Shown here: positions 32,910 through 36,983 of the stretch, piece by piece
Numbering within the stretch: position 1 is the first letter of the stretch
Layout of the letters: every line of letters begins with the position of its first letter
DNA from: an uncultured delta proteobacterium
Lineage (GTDB): Bacteria; Desulfobacterota; Binatia; UBA9968
Assembly (NCBI GenBank): GCA_963804165.1
Contig: CAWDPO010000032.1
Span: 1 to 36,983, forward strand
Direction of reading: 5' to 3'
Length of the DNA stretch: 36,983 nucleotides
Program-made: the position numbers and the translations under genes
The notes under the pieces: model-generated
Databases searched by the model: none
The model's input: only the letters and a program-made list of their open reading frames with translations
Told to the model about the DNA's origin: nothing

Positions 32910-33610
32910 CGTCAACAAGCCTAATCCTGAAAGAGTAAGGCCTCACAGAACGCTCGCAAGACGGTCACCCGGTTCTCGCAGGCGAGGCAAGTGAGAGCCA
33001 TCGACTGTACCTGATCGGTATTCTAAATAGATTGGTTCTCAGTGGCCAAGCGGCGACGAGTCGGATCGATAAACAGCCAATTCGCAGTGGCACAAAAGAC
33101 GATTATCTATGTAGACGATTGCCGACTTAATTCGGATGAGCGGTCGCAGAATGCCCGGTTCCGCAGTCGAGTTTGGCAACAATTCAATCGTAGAAATTTT
33201 TTATCGTTACTTCAATTACTTATCGATCTGTGTCCCAAGGCGCTGGAAGGTCGATTGTCACTAGGCGAAGGGAGTAAGGAGTTTGGCTGATCAGGCGCGG
33301 ATGTCCGGTCAGAAAATTAGCCGGAGAAATCGGGCGAGGCTAGCTATAAATTCGTTGGCGGTTTTGGTTCCGATTTGTTCCATGCAATCAGCGCTAGTTG
33401 ACTGAATCCAACAGCGCGGGCCGGACTAAACCGTCTCTAAGCGCATAGAAGTGCGCGATTGGACCGAGTCAACAGTTTCCATTAGGACGTGTATACGAAC
33501 GTTGACATCGCTATGTAGTTATTCTGGGTATCCGGCTGACATGAGACGATTAGGTATAGGAATTCATAAATTTTACTGCTTTTTCCGTTTTTATTCGCTG
33601 CCTTCAAGCC

Positions 33611-33626
33611 TGGCACCTTCTTTGCT
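33611..33626 (+). promoter_or_regulatory. sigma54 (-24/-12) promoter of the rfaH-like/wza/wzc operon
   Basis: TGGCAC-CTTCT-TTGCT is a perfect consensus match, 45 bp upstream of ATG 33671 and preceded by an AT-rich tract. Confidence 0.85.
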
Positions 33627-33670
33627 GTGTGTGGTGGCAGTTTTCTCACGGATAACTTTGAATCTTATTT

Positions 33671-34234
33671 ATGGCTAAGAGCGCATGGTACGTCGTCTAT
33701 TGTAAACCTCAGAAGGAGGGGTACGCCCAATTCCATCTGAAGTTGAAAGGGATCGAGGTTTTTTTCCCTCGACTTTCGCTGCCGAGTGCTTCACGAGAGC
33801 GCCAGCGAATCATCCCCTTGTTTCCGAATTATATTTTTGTTCGCATTGATCTTTCCAGCGAATACAACTCCGTACTTTGGTCTCCCGGCGTTAAACGGTT
33901 CGTGAGTTTTGGCGAAAATCCAGCGCCCCTCGACGATAGCATCGCCGAGTATTTAATCGGGCAGGCAGACTCAGACGGGATTATCACTGCTCGCTTCGAT
34001 CTGAGACCGGGGCAGGAAGTGCAGATGAACAGTGGCTCGTTTGAAGGGCTAACAGGAATTATTCAAGAACCTCCTGATGCCAAGGGGCGGGTCAAGGTTC
34101 TCATGACGTTACTTAATCGACAGGTAAACGTGGTTGTGCCGGCGAATCTAGTGAGGCGGGGATGGCTGGTGACGGACCGAATGGGACGAGCGGGTTTGAG
34201 CCTCCATCAGGCTACGAGTCAGTTAATTTCGTAG
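33671..34234 (+). CDS. NusG-family transcription antiterminator (RfaH/UpxY-like)
   Basis: WYVVYCKPQKE, PLFPNYIFVR and SPGVKRFVSFG (NGN domain). KOW: GQEVQMNSGSFEGLTG..RVKVLMTLL. First gene of a polysaccharide export operon. Confidence 0.92.
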   Translation: MAKSAWYVVYCKPQKEGYAQFHLKLKGIEVFFPRLSLPSASRERQRIIPLFPNYIFVRIDLSSEYNSVLWSPGVKRFVSFGENPAPLDDSIAEYLIGQADSDGIITARFDLRPGQEVQMNSGSFEGLTGIIQEPPDAKGRVKVLMTLLNRQVNVVVPANLVRRGWLVTDRMGRAGLSLHQATSQLIS

Positions 34235-34285
34235 ACCTGCGGGCTCCAAAAATTTAAAGTGCGTTTTTATACGAGGGGCGGAGCT

Positions 34286-35386
34286 ATGCGCGCGATCAAA
34301 CTTGTTTCTGCGATAAGACGATACACTGGAAACCTCACCGCTTCAGTGCTCGCGGCGATTTTTCTTCTTTTCGTTAGCGGATGCGGCGGAGCGCAATACG
34401 GCGCGTCGCCCATGGCTGCAAAAATTGCGATGGAGTCCGCGCACAGCGGATCTTCGGTTGACGAATTGAACCGCAGCTTGGGCGCCGGTGCGAGCCGCGA
34501 TCTGGCGGTACCGGCCGGATTACACCATCGGCGCGCAGGACCTGCTCGATATTAGCCTCTTCAACCTCTCGGCAGCCGACGGCGTGCCGAACAAGACCCA
34601 GGTGCGGGTTAGCAACGAAGGCCAGATAACTCTGCCGGTCGTCGGTCGGGTGCAGGCAGGAGGGATGACGCGCAGCCAACTCGAGGAGAGCTTGAAAAAA
34701 GAGTTTGGCAAATTCATGCACGACCCGGACGTCGGTGTCGCGCTCACCGAAAATCGCAGTAAGTCCGTATATATCTTAGGAGCGGTGAAAAATCCGGGAG
34801 TGTTACCTGTCACCGGTAACGAAACCCTCCGGCGCTGCTCGCCATGGCCGGCGGCGTGACACCCGATGCCGGGATGTTTGTTCACGTCTCGCGCCAGGTC
34901 AAAGATGAAGAGCGCGCCTTCGTGATCAATTTCGACGATCTGGCCCAGGACAAGAGCGGAACATTCAATTTGGCTATTCAGCCGGGCGACTTCATCAACG
35001 TGGCTCGTGCCGGGACGTTTTATGTCGACGGCGAGGTCCAGCGCCCGAACGCTTACCCGCTCACACGACCGTACACATTGTCCCAGGCCGTGGTCGTCGC
35101 GGGCGGACTGACGCAGATGACGTCGGGAGGCTCGATCAGCGTGTTTCGCAACGGCGCTAAGGGAGAAATGAAGGTCACCGAGCACGATTTGGGAAGATTC
35201 GGGCTGGAGAACAGGAAGATATTCAGATTGCGGAAAGCGACATCATCATCGTGCCGCCGAGCACCTCGAGATTCGTCCTCAACACGTTGATAGGATGCAT
35301 GGGGTTTTTCCAGCAGATCATCATCGATTGGCTTCAGCATGGGTAGAATGGGCGGCATGGGCGGTCGTGTATTGCCTTTTCCTTGA
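34286..35386 (+). CDS. wza: Polysaccharide export lipoprotein (Wza/OPX, with SLBB domains), frameshifted
   Basis: Lipobox LFVSGC, PES motif DYTIGAQDLLDI..RVSNEGQITLPVVG, and SLBB VYILGAVKNPG and FYVDGEVQRP. Confidence 0.85.
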
Positions 35387-35440
35387 TCACGATCGAACTA
35401 CGTCTAGTTGTGCAGCTTTGAATTCATAGGTTGAAAAAAT

Positions 35441-36983
35441 ATGCAAAATATGAACGAAATCGCCCCGCGCCAGGATTCGCCTCCGTCGCCGTTTCTGAGA
35501 ACCGGCTTTTACGAAGAACGAGGAAGCGGCGGACCTGCGCAACTATTGGTATGTCGATCTACCGCCATCGCTGGCCGGCGTTGATTTTTTTCCTCAGCGC
35601 GCTCTTCCTGACCGTCATCGCGATTCCTTGGGGCGATTCTCTCTACACGGCAACGACGACGCTGTATGTTCAGGGTCCGGCGCGGGGCATGTTCGATGGT
35701 CCGGAAGTGCGGACCCCAACAAATCCGATAATAGCTTCGAGACGCAGCTAAAACTGCTGTCGAGCAGGAGCCTTGCGGCCCAGGTAATAAAGGATTTTAA
35801 GCTCGAAGAAATCCAGAATTTCACGAAAACGCCGCAAAGTATTCTGTCCTGGTTAATAGACAGCGTAAAGTTGGTGCTCAGAACCGTGGTATCGTGGATT
35901 ATCAACCCGCTCGTCTGGCTGGTTCAGAGTCTTACTTGGAGCACCGGTTGAGGGCCGCGCAAAGCCCACCGAATTCGAGCTCGGTGTAAATCCCGCAGTC
36001 GGTTGACGTCTATCTCACCAAGCTAGTGGTCACGCCGTTACCCGAGTCTCAGCTCGTCCAGGTGCAATTCAGCAGCGCGGATCCTGCGCTATCCAAGACG
36101 GTGGTCAACCGCCACGCGGTTGCTTTCATCGAAAAGAAACTTGGCGACCCGATTTGAGCTCACCGCTGAAACTAAAGCATTTCTGGAGAAGAAGCTCGTC
36201 GAACTGAGAGCCAATGTCGAGAGCTCGGAAAAAGCCTTGACCCAGTTTCAACGGACTCATGAGATCGTGGCCATAGATAAAGGTGGCAGCTTGCTGCTCG
36301 ATCAGCTTAAGAAACTCAATTCGGATTTAACGGAAGCTCGCTCCAAAAGGATCGAGCTCGAATCGCTGCACTACGTCGTACAAAAGAAAGACAACCAGCT
36401 GCTGTCGCAGATCATCGATAATCCTACTATTCAGCAGCTCAGACGACAGATTACCGAATTGGACACGCAGCGCGCGCACATGGAAACGAAGTTTAAACCC
36501 ACTTATCGAGGCGTCATTGCGTTGCAACAGGAAATCGATGAAGCGAAGGCCCGCCTGAACGCCGAAATGAACCGGATCACTAAGTCGATCGAAAAAGATT
36601 ACGGCGCCGCGCGGGCAAAAGAGACAGCGATTGCGGCCGAGACGGAGAAGGCGAGGCAGTCCGCTCTGAATAGTCAAGAACAAGCGGTTGAATACGCCGT
36701 CCTCGAACGCGATGCAAACTCCAATCGCGCGCTCTATGAGGCGGTGTTCAAGAAGACCAAGGAAGCAGCGCTAACCGGCGCCGATCCGACGCCGGTTTTG
36801 CGCGTCGTCGACCGCGCCGAGGTGCCGCTCCTGCCGGACGCCGGCAAGTGGCAAAAAATCCTTGTTCTGGGCGTCGGCGTCGGCATGTTCGGGGCAATCG
36901 GGCTGGCCTTTCTCTTCCACGTTTTGGATAACACGTTGAGAAACCCCGAAGACATCGCGCGATTTGTCCGCCTGCCGACACTC
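35441..36983 (+). CDS. wzc: Polysaccharide co-polymerase / chain-length regulator (Wzc/GumC family), frameshifted and 3'-truncated by the window
   Basis: DLRNYW..IYRHRW + TM, YTATTTL, ETQLKLLSSRSLA, a long coiled coil, LERDANSNRALYEAV, RVVDRAEVP, second TM and LDNTLRNPEDI..LPTL. Confidence 0.85.

Noticed and set aside
32230-33600. Short ORFs in the long intergenic region (32320..32544, 33042..33290, 33451..33678)
   Set aside because: No RBS, motifs or protein-like composition, and they overlap promoter and operator-like sequences.
33633-33640. GGTGGCAG as an ops element for the rfaH-like gene
   Set aside because: Two mismatches to GGCGGTAG, and it straddles the predicted transcription start.

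Overview
All confidently identified genes lie on the + strand. The window is the interior of a large bacterial surface-glycan (EPS/capsule) island. The lineage is not established, although the sigma54-rich regulation and ExeA-like ATPases suggest a deltaproteobacterial/Binatia-like organism (inference only). Many genes are split by 1-nt indels, most likely long-read or assembly errors, so their boundaries were reconstructed by eye across frames. 1-15.9 kb holds glycan-tailoring enzymes (QueC-like PP-loop protein, two methyltransferases, pyruvyltransferase, PAS-SGNH fusion, deacetylase, GT2) around a D-alpha-D-heptose pathway (gmhA, hddA, hddC-gmhB fusion) with an SDR epimerase, two RmlC cupins and a SAF-domain oxidoreductase. 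16-20.3 kb encodes a CapD/PglF dehydratase, an orphan PqqD/RRE protein and a nucleotide-sugar dehydrogenase. 20.7-27.4 kb is the most unusual block. It has a near-consensus sigma54 promoter apparently giving a leaderless CxxC-CxxC mini-protein, a sensor-less histidine-kinase-like protein with dead ATP-binding boxes, an NtrC-type regulator with GAVMGA instead of GAFTGA and a DD Walker B, and two tandem ExeA-like ATPases (SH3- and BON-tailed). 28-32.2 kb encodes two secreted proteins. 32.2-37 kb has a long intergenic region with two more sigma54 promoters and a candidate structured RNA, followed by an RfaH/NusG-family antiterminator, wza and a wzc-like gene that runs off the window. No rRNA, tRNA, CRISPR array or transposase was seen.
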